The notes under the pieces were generated by a model that saw only the letters and a program-made list of their open reading frames with translations, was not told the origin of the DNA and searched no databases. From Malacoraja senta (Eukaryota): a DNA stretch of 64,000 nucleotides. Location of the stretch: contig CM075992.1 in the NCBI GenBank assembly GCA_038087875.1, positions 4,590,001 through 4,654,000 of the forward strand. Reading direction: 5' to 3'. The translations under genes were made by a program, and so were the position numbers. Positions 11,566-25,455 of the stretch are shown here, piece by piece; the stretch's first letter is position 1, and the number at the start of each line of letters is the position of its first letter.

Positions 11566-14500
11566 CTACACCAAGTGGGACCCGTTGGGTCCCATGTTCA
11601 CACGGGAGGGCTGGTCCTCCAACGCAATATTCCACCTCTCCACCAATTCCAATATTGGTGGCCAGTGAGGGGGGAGGGAACTTTCTGGAGCGTTAGTATG
11701 GGTGTTGTGGGCCGAAGGGACTGGTTTCAAGAAGGCTAGTATGGACATTGTGGGCCGAATGGATTCTTGGGTTGGCAGCTCAGTCACTCAGGTCTGGTGG
11801 GCTGGCAGCTCAGTCACTCAGGCCTGGTGGGCTGGCAGCTCAGTCACTCAGGCCTGGTGGGCTGGCAGCTCGGTCAGTCACTCGGGCCCGGTGGGCTGGC
11901 AGCTCAGAAACTGCCAGAAATCCTTCCCAAAACAGGTGAGAGACTCTGTGAGAGAGCAGAGGGAGAGGGTGGAGAATCAATTTTAGACATTTTTCATATT
12001 TTTCTGCAGATCACAGCAATAAAGGAGGAAAGTCTATCCTGGCCTGGATCTCACAGGGAGCCAATGAAGGGAGGGAGAAAAATACTGGGGTGAGGTTTAA
12101 TACTTGCAGGGGGAATTCTTATTGATGGGCCGAAGGGACTCCTGGGCTAGTACAGGCTTGATGGGCTGAAGGGGCTCTTTTAAAATTTAAAAAAATTTGA
12201 GTGAAATCTCAGTGAAAGGCACCTATTCTGGACTTTTCCTGGCCTGGCACGGGCCTTTTGGGCCAAAATGCTCCTCCTGGGCTAATACGGGCATTTTGGG
12301 CAAAAGGGACTGGTTTCTCGACTAATAGGGGCCTTGTGGGCCGAAATTAGTTGTTTCAGGCAGGCCAAACAACTCATTTCCATTTCAATTTCAAGCACAG
12401 GGCAGGCCGAACAGTGCATGGCATTTTCATTTCACTTCCATTGGCATTGCAGTTTCAAGCACAGGGCAGGCCGAACAGCTCACTGCATTTTCATTTCACT
12501 TCCATTGCCGTTTCAAGCACAGGGCAGGCCGAACAGCTCACTGCATTTTCATTTCACTTCCATTGCCATTACAGTTTCAAGCACAGGGAAGGCCGAACAG
12601 CTCACTGCATTTTCATTTCACTTCCATTGCCATTACAGTTTCAAGCACAGGGAAGGCCGAACAGCTCACTGCATTTTCATTTCACTTCCATTGCCATTGC
12701 AGTTTCAAGCACAGGGCAGGCCGAACAGCTCACTGCATTTTCATTTCACTTCCATTGCCATTGCAGTTTCAAGCACAGGGCAGGCCGAACAGCTCACTGT
12801 ATTTTCATTTCATTTCCATTGCCATTGCAGTTTCAAGCACAGGGCAGGCCAAGCCAAACAGCTGATTGCATTTTCATTTCATTTCCATTGCCATTGCAGT
12901 TTCAAGCACAAGGCAGGCCAAGCCAAACAGCTGATTGCATTTTAATTTCATTTCCATTGCCATTGCAGTTTCAGGCACAGGGCAGGCCAAGCCAAACAGC
13001 TGATTGCATTTTCATTTCGTTTCCATTGCCATTGCAGTTTCAAGCACAGGGCAGGCCAAGCTAAACAGCTCATTGCATTTTCACTTAATTTCCATTGCCA
13101 TTACAGTTTTAAGCACAGGGCAGGCCAAGCCAAACAGCTCATTGCATTTTCACTTAATTTCCATTGCCATTGCCGTTTCAAGCACAGGGCAGGCCAAGCC
13201 AAACAGCTCATTGCATTTTCACTTCATTTCCATTGCGATTGCAGTTTCAAGCACAGGGCAGGCCAAGCCAAACGGCTCATTGCATTTTCACTGCATTTCC
13301 ATTGTCATTGCAGTTTCAAGCACAGGGCAGGCCAAGCCAAACAGCTCATTGCATTTTCTCTTTGTTTCCATTGCCATTGCAGTTTCAAGCACAGGGCAGG
13401 CCAAGCCAAACAGCTCATTGCATTTTCATTTAGTTTCCATTGCCATTGCAGTTTCAACCACAGGGCAGGCCAAACAACTCATTTGATTTTCATTAAGGGT
13501 GAACAAATCATTTATTGCAAGTACATTGCAGACTCACAGTTTAGTTGATTCACAGCTTACAATGAGAGTCGTGGCCTCTCCCTCGCAATCTTGTTAGTAC
13601 AGGCTTGATGGGCTGAAGGGGCTCTTTTAAAATTTAAAAAAAATTGAGTGAAATCTCAGTGAAAGGCACCTATTCTGGACTTTTCCTGGCCTGGCACGGG
13701 CCTTTTGGGCCAAAATGCTCCTCCTGGGCTAATACGGGCATTTTGGGCAAAAGGGACTGGTTTCTCGACTAATAGGGGCCTTGTGGGCCGAAATTAGTTG
13801 TTTCAGGCAGGCCAAACAACTCATTTCCATTTCAATTTCAAGCACAGGGCAGGCCGAACAGTGCATGGCATTTTCATTTCACTTCCATTGGCATTGCAGT
13901 TTCAAGCACAGGGCAGGCCGAACAACTCACTGCATTTTCATTTCACTTCCATTGCAGTTTCAAGCACAGGGCAGGCCGAACAGCTCACTGCATTTTCATT
14001 TCACTTCCATTGCCATTACAGTTTCAAGCACAGGGAAGGCCGAACAGCTCACTGCATTTTCATTTCACTTCCATTGCCATTGCAGTTTCAAGCACAGGGC
14101 AGGCTGAACAGCTCACTGCATTTTCATTTCACTTCCATTGCCATTGCAGTTTCAAGCACAGGGCAGGCCGAACAGCTCACTGCATTTTCATTTCACTTCC
14201 ATTGCCATTGCAGTTTCAAGCACAGGGGCAGGCCGAACAGCTCACTGCATTTTCATTTCACTTCCATTGCCATTGCAGTTTCAAGCAAAGGGCAGGCCGA
14301 ACAGCTCACTACATTTTCATTTCACTTCCATTGCCATTGCAGTTTCAAGCACAGGGCAGGCCGAACAGCTCACTGTATTTTCATTTCATTTCCATTGCCA
14401 TTGCAGTTTCAAGCACAGGGCAGGCCAAGCCAAACAGCTGATTGCATTTTCATTTCATTTCCATTGCCATTGCAGTTTCAAGCACAAGGCAGGCCAAGCC

Positions 14501-15608
14501 AAACAGCTGATTGCATTTTAATTTCATTTCCATTGCCATTGCAGTTTCAGGCACAGGGCAGGCCAAGCCAAACAGCTGATTGCATTTTCATTTAATTTCC
14601 ATTGCCATTGCAGTTTCAGGCACAGGGCAGGCCAAGCCAAACAGCTGATTGCATTTTCCTTTCATTTCCATTGCCACTACAGTTTCAAGCACAGGGCAGG
14701 CCAAGCCAAACAGCTGATTGCATTTTCATTTCGTTTCCATTGCCATTGCAGTTTCAAGCACAGGGCAGGCCAAGCTAAACAGCTCATTGCATTTTCACTT
14801 AATTTCCATTGCCATTACAGTTTTAAGCACAGGGCAGGCCAAGCCAAACAGCTCATTGCATTTTCACTTAATTTCCATTGCCATTGCCGTTTCAAGCACA
14901 GGGCAGGCCAAGCCAAACAGCTCATTGCATTTTCACTTCATTTCCATTGCGATTGCAGTTTCAAGCACAGGGCAGGCCAAGCCAAACAGCTCATTGCATT
15001 TTCACTGCATTTCCATTGTCATTGCAGTTTCAAGCACAGGGCAGGCCAAGCCAAACAGCTCATTGCATTTTCTCTTTGTTTCCATTGCCATTGCAGTTTC
15101 AAGCACAGGGCAGGCCAAGCCAAACAGCTCATTGCATTTTCATTTAGTTTCCATTGCCATTGCAGTTTCAACCACAGGGCAGGCCAAACAACTCATTTGA
15201 TTTTCATTAAGGGTGAACAAATCATTTATTGCAAGTACATTGCAGACTCACAGTTTAGTTGATTCACAGCTTACAATGAGAGTCGTGGCCTCTCCCTCGC
15301 AATCTTGCAGAGTAACTGAGTCATGTCCAGGCATCTGGGGTTTTATAGTCCTGTCCCCCCACCCCTCCCCCCAGAAGGGGCGTTACCTTAATCGCGGTGA
15401 TTGACAGGGGAGAGGATCTCAAGGTTTTTTAAACATTCATAACTTTTTTATTTTTCATCGATGGGAATAATCCTCAGGGCCTGCTCAGCGGAGGAGGACT
15501 GTGAGTAAGATGGCCCAAAATCATAGCGATATATGGCAGCGTTTTTTCTAAAAATCAATATACAGCGCAGACAGGAAGTGGTCAAGATGAGACTTTTAAT
15601 TATATATA
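11566..15608 (-). mobile_element. Non-autonomous Helitron with expanded internal minisatellite and an internal block duplication
   Basis: Same family as 56946-58319. 3' hairpin GGGACCCAACGGGTCCC near a mutated CTAG. Inserted between A and T with no TSD: copy A empty site catta|tatt near 38741. Confidence 0.88.
12385..15200. repeat. 64/69-bp minisatellite arrays (agtttcaagcacagggcaggcc...cattgccattgc)n in two blocks (12148-13593 duplicated as 13595-15307)
   Basis: Direct inspection; the unique lead-in tagtacaggcttgatggg occurs at 12148 and 13595. Confidence 0.92.
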
Positions 15609-16599
15609 TATTCTTTTTATAATATAATTATATATAATATATAGTATAATAATATATGGTTTCAATAGACCGCAGCACGGAATTAGGCTCCCCATAAAGT
15701 AATGTGAGCATTGAGCACTAGATGGTGCCAATTTTTTCGATCCAATTTTCTAATTAGATTAATTAGTGTGAAACTTTTGGCACTGACGAGTTATGAATTC
15801 CTTCTCAATTATATTTTATCTAAATCTGTGCCGAATTTGAAGTAGATACCAGACATGGGTCACAAAAGCTAATCTAGACACATTTTCGATGCTCGGCCCA
15901 CGGCCTAAGATGCTGCATCACCCGTTGAGTTTTTCCAGCTTTTTTGTCTACCTTTGATTTTTCCAGCATCTGCAGTTCTTTCTTAAACTTTGCAATAAAG
16001 ATGACATTTTTAACCTGGAAGTCATTCTAAAATCAGTTTTGGTGGCTACAGGAGTTTTTGCAACAATTGCAGAACGGATACATTCACAATATGGAATCGC
16101 TCAACCTTTATTCAAGGTATCAATTAATAATGTACAGACACAACATTGTCTCAGCCCTTTAACTTCAGATTGCTCCTATGCACACGCTCCGCTGCTTCCG
16201 TTCCAAGACGAAATTGAACAGTAAATTTGTTAAACTATTTACATTTTTAAAACTATACAGTTAATTAGTTCTATATATTTACACTAATACCTTGTCTGCT
16301 AACATTACCTCTGCAGCACAGATGCATTTCTCAACTTTGATGAAAACACTTTCTGTGCTAGTCATCTTAATGAATCACCTCCATCTGCAGAACATGCTAT
16401 TGGTCTCAAATGGATGCTACATTTCTATCCTATCTTGCAATTCCTACAATTATCCTTTACATCAACATCTTTATCATTATGAATTTCATGTTTGTGTCAC
16501 TTTTTTGCTATCAAAGTCATTAAAGCCAACAAATTGTCCACACCCCACATGATCTTGAACCCCTCGGTCTCATAAATCCAAGGAAAAAAGTCCTTACAT

Positions 16600-17606
16600 T
16601 GGCAATGTTACAAAATGTTGAGATTTTAAAAATCAAGTCTGCAATTTATCCCATCAGATAAAGCATAATATCAGTATTAAAAAAGTTATGGCCATTTTCA
16701 TACTCGGAAATTAGCATCTTCTTCCCTATTGCTTTTCCATTGACTTAACACAAAAGCTGTGATCAAGGACAGTCAAAAGCCCATAACTTTCTTAAAAATT
16801 AAGAGAACTGAAAGAAATTTTCAGTTATTATAGATTGAAGTATTCTGAAACAAATATGAAACAATCTTACTTGGATGAACTGAAATTAAAGCATATAATT
16901 AGTTAGTTACCCAATTGTAGCTAATTACAAAATTCAATTACTAGATCTAAACATCTATCAATTTCTTAAGAAAAGATGAACATTTTTAAATCGCCGAAGT
17001 GTCCAAATAACATTCACACAAGAATTCACAATATAACATGATTTTTAAATGTCATTGTCATTAATTCATAGGCCAAATGGAAGGAATTTAATGTTAAATT
17101 CCCGTAAATTAATGGCCATTTAAATCATCTTGCGAGTGAGATTTTCTGGAACGCGATCAATTGGAACGTTGCATTTGCGGTGAATTTAAACCCCATGTCG
17201 GCAGGAAAAATACTTCCGGTTCGTATGGGGAATAAGTCACCTTCTCGCAACATGAAATTTTGATTAAAGGTATTCTAAGAAGCACTTTTTAATGAAAAAA
17301 TAAACTGTGTACCTTGCCTTGTCCCCTACGTGAGGTCCGTGCCGTTGTCGGCGTTCACGGCTTTAGAAGATGATTTTTAATTTACTACAGTAATTAAATT
17401 AGTAAGAGCAGTTTAAAAATAATTCCAGAGAACGGCAGTCAAAGCGATTTTTCTTCATCAACTAAATACCCTGTTCAAGATCGATTTGAATAGGCTTTCG
17501 AAATACCGCATTTTAAACCAGCCCCCCTCTCAACTGCGCCAAAGTCGCGCACACGGGCAGTGACAGAACTGCAGCGCCGCTTAAGGTAAGTATTGTAACA
17601 TACCTA
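16600..17606. mobile_element. Non-autonomous DNA transposon (~1 kb), 7-bp TSD, short imperfect TIR (hAT/P-like, family uncertain)
   Basis: cttacat duplicated at 16593-16599 and 17607-17613; TIR core atgttacaa / ttgtaacat; single cttacat in copy A near 39727. Confidence 0.8.
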
Positions 17607-18894
17607 CTTACATCTAATCTCTCCCTACAACTCAAGTCTGCAAGATTTCTGGTGAATCTGGATCAGGAATGACCATCGTGGAGAATCTCTTCTGCATCCA
17701 TTCCAACATGACATCTTCTATATCTAGTGACCAGGATTGCACATAATACTCTTGAGTGTGGTCTCACCATCTCACATCTCTCTGGCCCTACTGCCAGCAA
17801 CAACTTCTTTACATTTGGCTGTAGTTGTCTGTTCTGTACCTTCCATCATAATCTCAATAACATCAATCACTCTCAACTTCTCCACATTCCATATACAGTA
17901 GCTCACGATCAAAATATCAGCTATCTTTACTGCATTATCATTTGAACACTGTCCCATATACTTCACTCTTAATACTGATTTCCTGCTTCTGAAACTGCAA
18001 CATTTCAGCTGATCATCCATGCAATGTTTGTATACACCGATTTTACTGTCCATTCTGTCAAGTAAACAAAGTACAGGTCCCAAAGAAGCATCTTATATTG
18101 AAGGTAAAACTGAACAGCTCAGCAGTGGCTGGTACCACAATGTACTGATAGTCATACTGCACAGCACCCACATTTTCAAATTTGCACATATTCTTATATT
18201 CACCAATTAGAACTAAAGACCATTTACAGTGACTAAAGACCATTTATAGTGACCATAACTTTGTAATTGTCATGGTCCTACAGACCCATTTTCAATGTGG
18301 TAAATAGTCCATTAATCTTCAGGGTCGCTTTAATTGCCTGTGACACTGCAGCCTATGCAGCACTCCTCCAAGGTCATTTTGTACAGATGCTGCCTGACCT
18401 GCTTAAGTTCCTGCAACATGTGCTTTGTTCTCGTTTTAAAATTTGCATTACAAAAGCAATTGCGTCATTGGGAAAAAGCGAGTTTGAGGCTAGAGAGTTT
18501 CAGACTCACATTAACAACGTTATTTTTTCACTCTGTATGTTCCATGTCTAGGGGGATTTTACTGTCTTTGACCAGTCTGCAATATGGGGTTGTACCTGAT
18601 CCCAAACCTCATCAACTTCCCAGTTCAATTCCATCATTTCTTTAATGTTCAAACATCTTTTGGTCTCAGCCTTGAATATACTCCACAACAGAGCATCCAC
18701 ATCACCACAATCTCCCCTGTTAATCAGCAATCAAGATGATTGTTATCATAATGCACAATGTAATCTCTACTATGAACCATGCAAAAGCCATTAGGTGGTG
18801 ATATTTCAATTTTCATACGTTTTACATACTATTTCCTTAAAAAATGACAAGAATTCACATGAAACAATTTACATGTAACAGTGATGTTCTGTAC

Positions 18895-19098
18895 CTGTCT
18901 GAATGTTCTTCAGTGCTGTTTCTCTGGCATCCATTCCCACCAATGGCCATTCATTTTTATCGTCTAGATATTTTACAACAATCACCACCGGAGTCATTGA
19001 TGCCATATTCTGTTCACCACATCCCCCTGGAATTCTGATTAGATGTTTCAGTTTCAATCCATCGATAGATTTTTCAATAGATTGAGTTAAAAGATCAC
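18895..19098 (-). CDS. C3: C3 exon 24-equivalent (thioester exon), copy B (204 nt): GDLLTQSIEKSIDGLKLKHLIRIPGGCGEQNMASMTPVVIVVKYLDDKNEWPLVGMDARETALKNIQTG
   Basis: GCGEQ motif; same splice sites as copy A; 7 nt differences; open frame. Confidence 0.95.
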
Positions 19099-19611
19099 CT
19101 GTTTCATTGAAAAAAATAATTTGAGGATGCTGTCAAATAAACAAGCATATAAACATAACTGGCCAGGTTTCATTGCTGGAGTGCCAACAAAGCTCAAAAG
19201 CAATTTCATTTATTTATCCATAGGAATTTAAATTCTTTAATTCTCTTGGAAACAAATGTTTAATTAATCAACTTGAAAGTCACTGAAACTTTATGCAGTG
19301 GGTTATTATGACGGAGTAGGCATTACCCAAGAGGATTCAGAAGTGAACTGGTTAAAGAGCTGAGGAGAAAAATACAAAGTTCATGGATATAAAGAAGGGA
19401 GAGCTAGATTAATTGGAGAGCTCTGACAAAGAGGCTGCACCAACACAATGACCCAATAACCTTCATCTCTGCTCTACCATTTGTAATTTCAATAGGCATT
19501 TTGTAAAAGAGAAGATACAAAGATCTATTAAATATTTAGAAAACGATTTCCTTCAATGGGATAATAGACTCATGTTTTTTTAAAATAGTTAGCTAACATT
19601 TATTAACATTA

Positions 19612-19680
19612 GGGCAGCACAGTGGCACAGCTGGTTGAACTGCTACCTCACAGCACCAGAGACCCGGGTTCGATCCTCGA
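19612..19680 (+). mobile_element. tRNA-derived SINE head (A box tggcacagctgg, B box ggttcgatcc); counterpart at 41717-41783
   Basis: Pol III A and B boxes without a full tRNA cloverleaf. Confidence 0.7.
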
Positions 19681-20586
19681 AACATGAAACATATCACTGA
19701 TTGTTGGAGTCATAGATTTTACTGAATGGAATCAAGGCCTTCAGTCCAACTTATCCATGCTGAACAAGTCGCCAACCTGAATTAGTCCCATTTGTCTGCA
19801 TTTTGCCCATATCCCTGTAAACCTTTTCTCACTCTGACTGTCTATGTGTGTTAAATGTTGTAATGGTGTCTGCCTCTACCACTTCTGGCAGCTCATTCTA
19901 CATACCCATTAAACAAGTTGTGAAAAGGTTTCTCCTTGGGTCCCATCTAAATATTTTCCCCTCCCACCTTAAACCTATCCCATATGTTTTTGACTCCTCC
20001 AACGCATGTAAAAGAGTGTGACTATTTCCTTCATGATTTCATACATCAGTATAAAGTCACCACTCAGTTTCCTTCACTTTGGGGAAAAAAAGCCCCAGCC
20101 TATCATTCTTTTTTTATAACTCAATCTCTTCAGTCCAGTTAACATCCTTGTGAATCTTTTCTACGACCTTTCTAGTTTAATAACATCCTTCCTATAGCAG
20201 AGTGAACAGAACTGCACACAATATTCCAAGTGCAATGTCACCAATATAGTGTACAGTTGTAACATAACATCCCCAACCCTTGTACTCCGACCAACGCAAG
20301 CAATGTACCAAATGCCTTCTTTATCACCCTGCCGTCTGTCACTACTTTCAGAGAACAATGTACTTGTACCCTTAATGACATTGGATCAATAATGAATACA
20401 CTGGCACACATAGATTCAAGATTCAAGAGAGTTTATTGTCATGTGTCCCAGATAGGACAATGAAATTCTTGCTTTGCTTCAACACAACAAAATATAATAG
20501 ATATAAATAAGTACAGAACAGAACAAATCAGCGTGACCATATATATGTACACACATAAATAAACAGATAAAGTGCAATGGGCTATT

Positions 20587-23500
20587 TTATTTCGAAGTCA
20601 CGTGAGTGACTACGTGAAGAGCCCGCCAGCCCGCATGCGCGACAATTCGTCGACGCATGGCGCGAGAATCGGAGCAGTTCGAAACTGCTCCGACAGGTAA
20701 GGGAAAATTTCTTTCAGGTACGGCCGCTGCTCCGAGAATTGGGGCAGCGGGCCCGGAGAATCTGCCGCCGTTGAGGCTCCGTGGAGCTGGCGGAATAAAA
20801 ATAACAGCGGCCGGCGCAACCGGTACAAAGAACTCTATGAAGGCTCCGAGGGAGCTGGCGTTTTAAAAGATAACATCGACCGGCTAAGGCCGGGTCAGCG
20901 TACGCTGTGGAGGTTCCGCAGCAGCTGGCATTTTAAGAATAGCAGCTGCCGGCTGAGGTCGGGTCAGCAAACGCTGAAGAGCGGCAACCGCTGTGGAGGA
21001 GAAGCTGACGGCTATAAATAGTGTGTGCCGCGGAGGCTCAGCAGGAGCTGGCGGTTTTATAATAGCGGCTGCCGCTCGGCCAGGTCTGTGACTACCGTGG
21101 CAGAATGGGTCTCCACTGGAGCAGGCGGCTGTTCAGAGCATCTGACGGGCAATGCCTGTACAGATTGCTGCTCCGAAACGGAGTCAGCCAGAGGCCTGAG
21201 GAGGCAACACCTGGTTCAGGGTTGCGTTCTATTTCCTCCCCTAAGAAAGTCCGTTGAGGCTCCAGAAGGGAGCAAGGACTCGGAGTCACTAGCAGGAGCT
21301 CCTGTCTAGTGAGTAATATAAATAAACAAACAAACAAATAAATAAAGAAAAATATATGGATGAATAAATAAATAAAGTGGAAAAAAGGAATGTGCTCCTA
21401 GCGCAGGAGACATTTACAGGCTGTGTCTGTCAGATGCCTGTGGGAGCAACACCTGGATCATGGTTGCGTTATAATATCTCCTGCTCAAAAGCAGGGAAGC
21501 AATACCTGGCTCAGGGTTGCGTTATGATATTTCCCGCTCAGAAGAGGGGAGTGTTGGAGATTCTTACATAGGTGACTCCAACTATGTGGATATCGATAAT
21601 GAAATCGAATCCCTGAACTAATGGGGGATATGCTTCATTTTTAATCATATGGAGAAAATATGCTCCGTGCACCGGAGGCATTAACAGGCGTCTCCAGCCA
21701 AATGTCTGTGGCAACATCTGGCTCAGGGTTGCAGTATTCCTCCCACTCTGATGAGGGGAGTATCGGAGAATATTACAGAGGTGACTCCGATTATGGGAAT
21801 ATTAACAGGATATCTGAATCCCATGATTTAATCGATGATATGCGGGAGCTACCGGCTCTTGTCACATATTTGCCATCCCTTTGGGGATAGGAGATTCACT
21901 GGAGGAAGATCTGGCTAAAAGTATCCGGGACATATGCCAGTCCACATAAACTGCCAGTCTTTTTGGATGTTCCATACGTCAATTCTATCAGTTGAGATAT
22001 CCCAGTGATGATATGTAGGCAAAGATTTATGTCAGCAAGTCCAAAATCCGCTCTGGAGTCATTACGGCCTTTTGCAAGTCAGAAGATGGGTCTCATCTCT
22101 CGGAAGTGCAGAAAGCTGTATTAACACTTCTCTGTAAGACACAGTTGGGCCTTCGCAAAATGCTATAAGGCATGAGATAATTCCCAAAATGGCTCAATTT
22201 TTACAGGGCCAGTAATGTGCAGCCTGCATAGTATTTCTTCAGAGAGGACTTATGTAGCAAGTGAAGACTTGCAGGGGTTAGGCGGCTGCGGGGGTGGAGT
22301 ACCATTCTATGTGGGTAAAGCTCCAGTATTCGGCGGGTTTTCACCCTGTATTCACGGAGCAGGAAGCGCCATTGAAGCTCTGGGAAGGAGCAGTCGGGAG
22401 TCACTAGCTGGCCTCGCAAGAACAGCTTGTTGAACCAAGCTTGCAGTATGGCAGGCGTGACCTGTCCAGTGAGTCCCGCTGAGGCTCCGAAGGAGCAGCT
22501 GGTCAAAGGAACAGCCTGTTGATCCAGGCTGGGAGAATCTGGCAGCGCGATCTGCACAGTCAACTCCAGCAAAGGCTCCAATAAAGGCAGAAGGCCGCAG
22601 GAGAAGCCTGTCGAGGTAGGCTCGGAGTTATGGCAGGCGTGGCCTGTTCAGTGAGCTCCGCTAAGGCTCCAATGGAGCAGAAGGAGTCGAAGGAGCGGCG
22701 TGTCAAACCAGGCTGGGAATAACAGGTAACGTGACCAGCACTGTAAAGCTCCAGCAAGGCTCTAAAGAGGCTGCAGGCCGAAGAAGTAGTCTGTCCCATT
22801 GGGCTCCGGAATGCTGGCAGGCGTGCCTTGCACAGCAATATCGCCCTTGAGCTCCGGGAAACGAGCTGTTTGGCAAACGTGAGGCTGACGATGTGGTCAG
22901 ACAGGGTCTGCAATGGAACTTCGCTGAAGCTCCAACAAGCAGGTCGACCTGGGCTCAGAACGCTGGCAGGTAAGGTCTCTTTATTAACCGCCATAAACTC
23001 CGAAATGGAGCAGTCTGTCGCCCCAGGTTTGGATTCACTGGCAGCATGGGCTGTCTAGTACTTTTCACTGTCTCTGGAGAAGATCAGGTTGATGCAGAGA
23101 CATTGGTAGGGTGCCTTGCATGGCAAACTCTGTAAGCTCTAAGTTGGAACTGGCTGGTCATATGGATCATATTGACCAGGGAAGCTCTGCTTCAACATCT
23201 GTGATTGAGGTCACAAGCTGCTCAGTAGAGGGCTGGTCAAAGACAAAGTGTTGCGCACACTGGCGACTGAGACAGGTGGTTTCAGTCAGAGGGCTGCGGA
23301 GCAACTCCTGGTTCAGGGTTGCATCATGCTATTTTCCATTGTGAGAAAGAAGGCTGAGGTTTCGTGGTGACTGACAGTCAAGAGTTGACAAGGAACGCGT
23401 ATTCCCACATCAACTGGATGTTGTGTTTCAGCTTTAGTCATCAGGATCTGATTATATGTTTATGAGCGAAATAAATAAATAAATAAATAGATAGATGCAT

Positions 23501-25175
23501 CTTCCGCGGCAAGAGAAGCCAAAAGTTTCCTCCGTAAGATCAATAAACGAAATGATGGTTATCCAAGTGGAAACAGAGACGTCTCACAAAGGATGAGTAG
23601 TATGCCCAAGAACAAGAGGGGTATATTTCTGATATTTCTCAAGGTTGTAGCAAAGTGGAGCATGCCAAATCAGGTTAGGATTTGGCTAGTCTGATCATGT
23701 GTCTCGTTACCCACTTTAAGATGGATATTGTCTTTCAGCAATTTAGCTGATTCAGAGGATTAGGGCCTCAATCGATCTTGAAGATGCATACTTTGCCATA
23801 TCTCTACACGAGGGGCACAGATATATCTGGTGTTTTGATGTCAAAGCCAGTATTGCAAAGTTTAGGCTCTACCTAGGGGTTGTCTTCAGGCCTAGGCTAT
23901 TTACAAAGATTCTAAAGCTAATGCTGCCCTACTCAGATCAAAAGGGCATTGTGTCAGGGAGTTTATAGACGACACGCAAATTTTGTAGCTGATAAGCGGT
24001 TTATCAGTAGATGCCTCTTAAGATATTAAGGATGAGGCAACATGAAATTTAATAGTGCCAAATGTTCCTACTCATTCAGTGTCCATGGTAAAGGTGGCTG
24101 AAAGAAGCTCCTATTTACTCGAAGTCACGAGTGATGGGTAGCTCAGCCTATTTCTCGTGCAGCTAGCTGTGCACGATTGTATGGGAAGTTTGTGGAGAAG
24201 ACATGTGAGCTACTTTTAAACAGAAGTAGCAGAGCTTTGTGTTTCTTTCAGTTGCGCTCAGAGAAGCGATTATGTTATGGTACAATTGACACTGTTTATG
24301 CTGCTTTGTCATTTTCTATAGTACCATAAGTGGGACAATAAATGATTGGTTATTCTCCCGTTGTTGACTAACATCATGCAAGGTGTCTTTTATGTGACCG
24401 CTCTAAAGCCTAGACTCATAGTAGTGTGGATTGTATATCAGTAAATTATTATGCAGATATTCATCTACTATTTTCCTAATGGGAGCAGAATCTTTTAAGT
24501 TGATTATGCTTTAGCAGCTGATTTCAGCACAAAGAACACACCCTTTACTCAATGGATATTCTTGCAACAGCAGGAGGTTTACATAGTGCACTTTCAGAAG
24601 TTATAACATTTTGATTGAATATGCCTGGTTGATTGCAGATAGAATTCTGTATAGTGTTGCATGAGTTATTACCTAACTCAAAGCCAATTGGGAATGTGGT
24701 CAGATTAAGGGCAATGGCCATGTATGCAAGTTAGCATCATGTTGTTAATAACCCATGTCTTTCTACCATTTATGGTTTTATCTGTTTAAGTATTTCACAC
24801 ACAGATTGGGTTACTGCATGAAACCACATAGCTTTGAAGGCTTTATGTAGTCACTCACGTGACTTCGAAATAAAATAGAAAGATTAAACGGAAAACTTAC
24901 CATTTGAAGTTTGATCTTTATTTTATGAGAAGTTGAAGTGAGGGATTACGTGCCCTCCACTTCCAACCCTGATTCTCATAAAGATCATCCAGTAAGTCTA
25001 GGGTCGTTAATCTTTCAATTGTCTAAGTTCTGCAAATGGTCTGTGGTTTCATACAGTTGCTCTGAAGATTGATGCGCATGCGGGCTGGCGGGCTCTTCAC
25101 GTAATCCCTCACTTCAACTTCTCATAAAATAAAGATCAAACTTCAAACGGGAAGTTCTCGTTTAATCTTTCTATT
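20587..25175 (+). mobile_element. DIRS-type (tyrosine-recombinase) retrotransposon with decayed coding region and intact termini
   Basis: Inverted termini acgtgaagagcccgccagcccgcatgcgc / gcgcatgcgggctggcgggctcttcacgt; internal complementary region about 24847-24952; RT remnants SIDLEDAYFAI and FIDD near 23770-23973; empty site gggctatt|aatg in copy A. Confidence 0.88.
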
Positions 25176-25179
25176 AATG

Positions 25180-25455
25180 ATCAGAGTTTTGTTTGAGTTG
25201 AGTTTAATAGCCTGATGCTGTGGGGAAGTAGCTATTCCTGAACCTGGATGTTGCAGATTTCAGGCTTCTACCTTCTACCTGAATTCAGCGGGGAGATGAG
25301 TTAGTGGCCAGGATGGTGTGGATCCTTAATGATGCGGGCAGCCTTTTTGAGGCAGCGACTGCGATAGATCCCCTCGATGGTAGGGTGGTCAGAGCCGATG
25401 ATGGACTGGGCAGTGTTTACAACTTTTTGCAGACTTTTCCGCTCCTGGGCGCTGA
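25180..25455 (-). mobile_element. Rex1/Babar-like LINE 3' fragment (counterpart 42627-42905)
   Basis: LQKVVNTAQSIIG..P.IEGIYRSRCLKKAARIIKDPHHPGH; copy A continues ..LPSGRRYRS. Confidence 0.75.

Noticed and set aside
12334..15200. Long overlapping ORFs, and a possible CRISPR-like array
   Set aside because: Translations of a 64/69-bp minisatellite; units abut with no unique spacers, there are no cas genes, and the context is a vertebrate intron.
19612..19680. tRNA gene
   Set aside because: A and B boxes only, no acceptor stem or cloverleaf; this is a SINE head.
20610..23344. Cluster of short GC-rich ORFs as host genes
   Set aside because: They lie inside the DIRS termini, are fragmented and have no convincing splice structure or recognisable domain.
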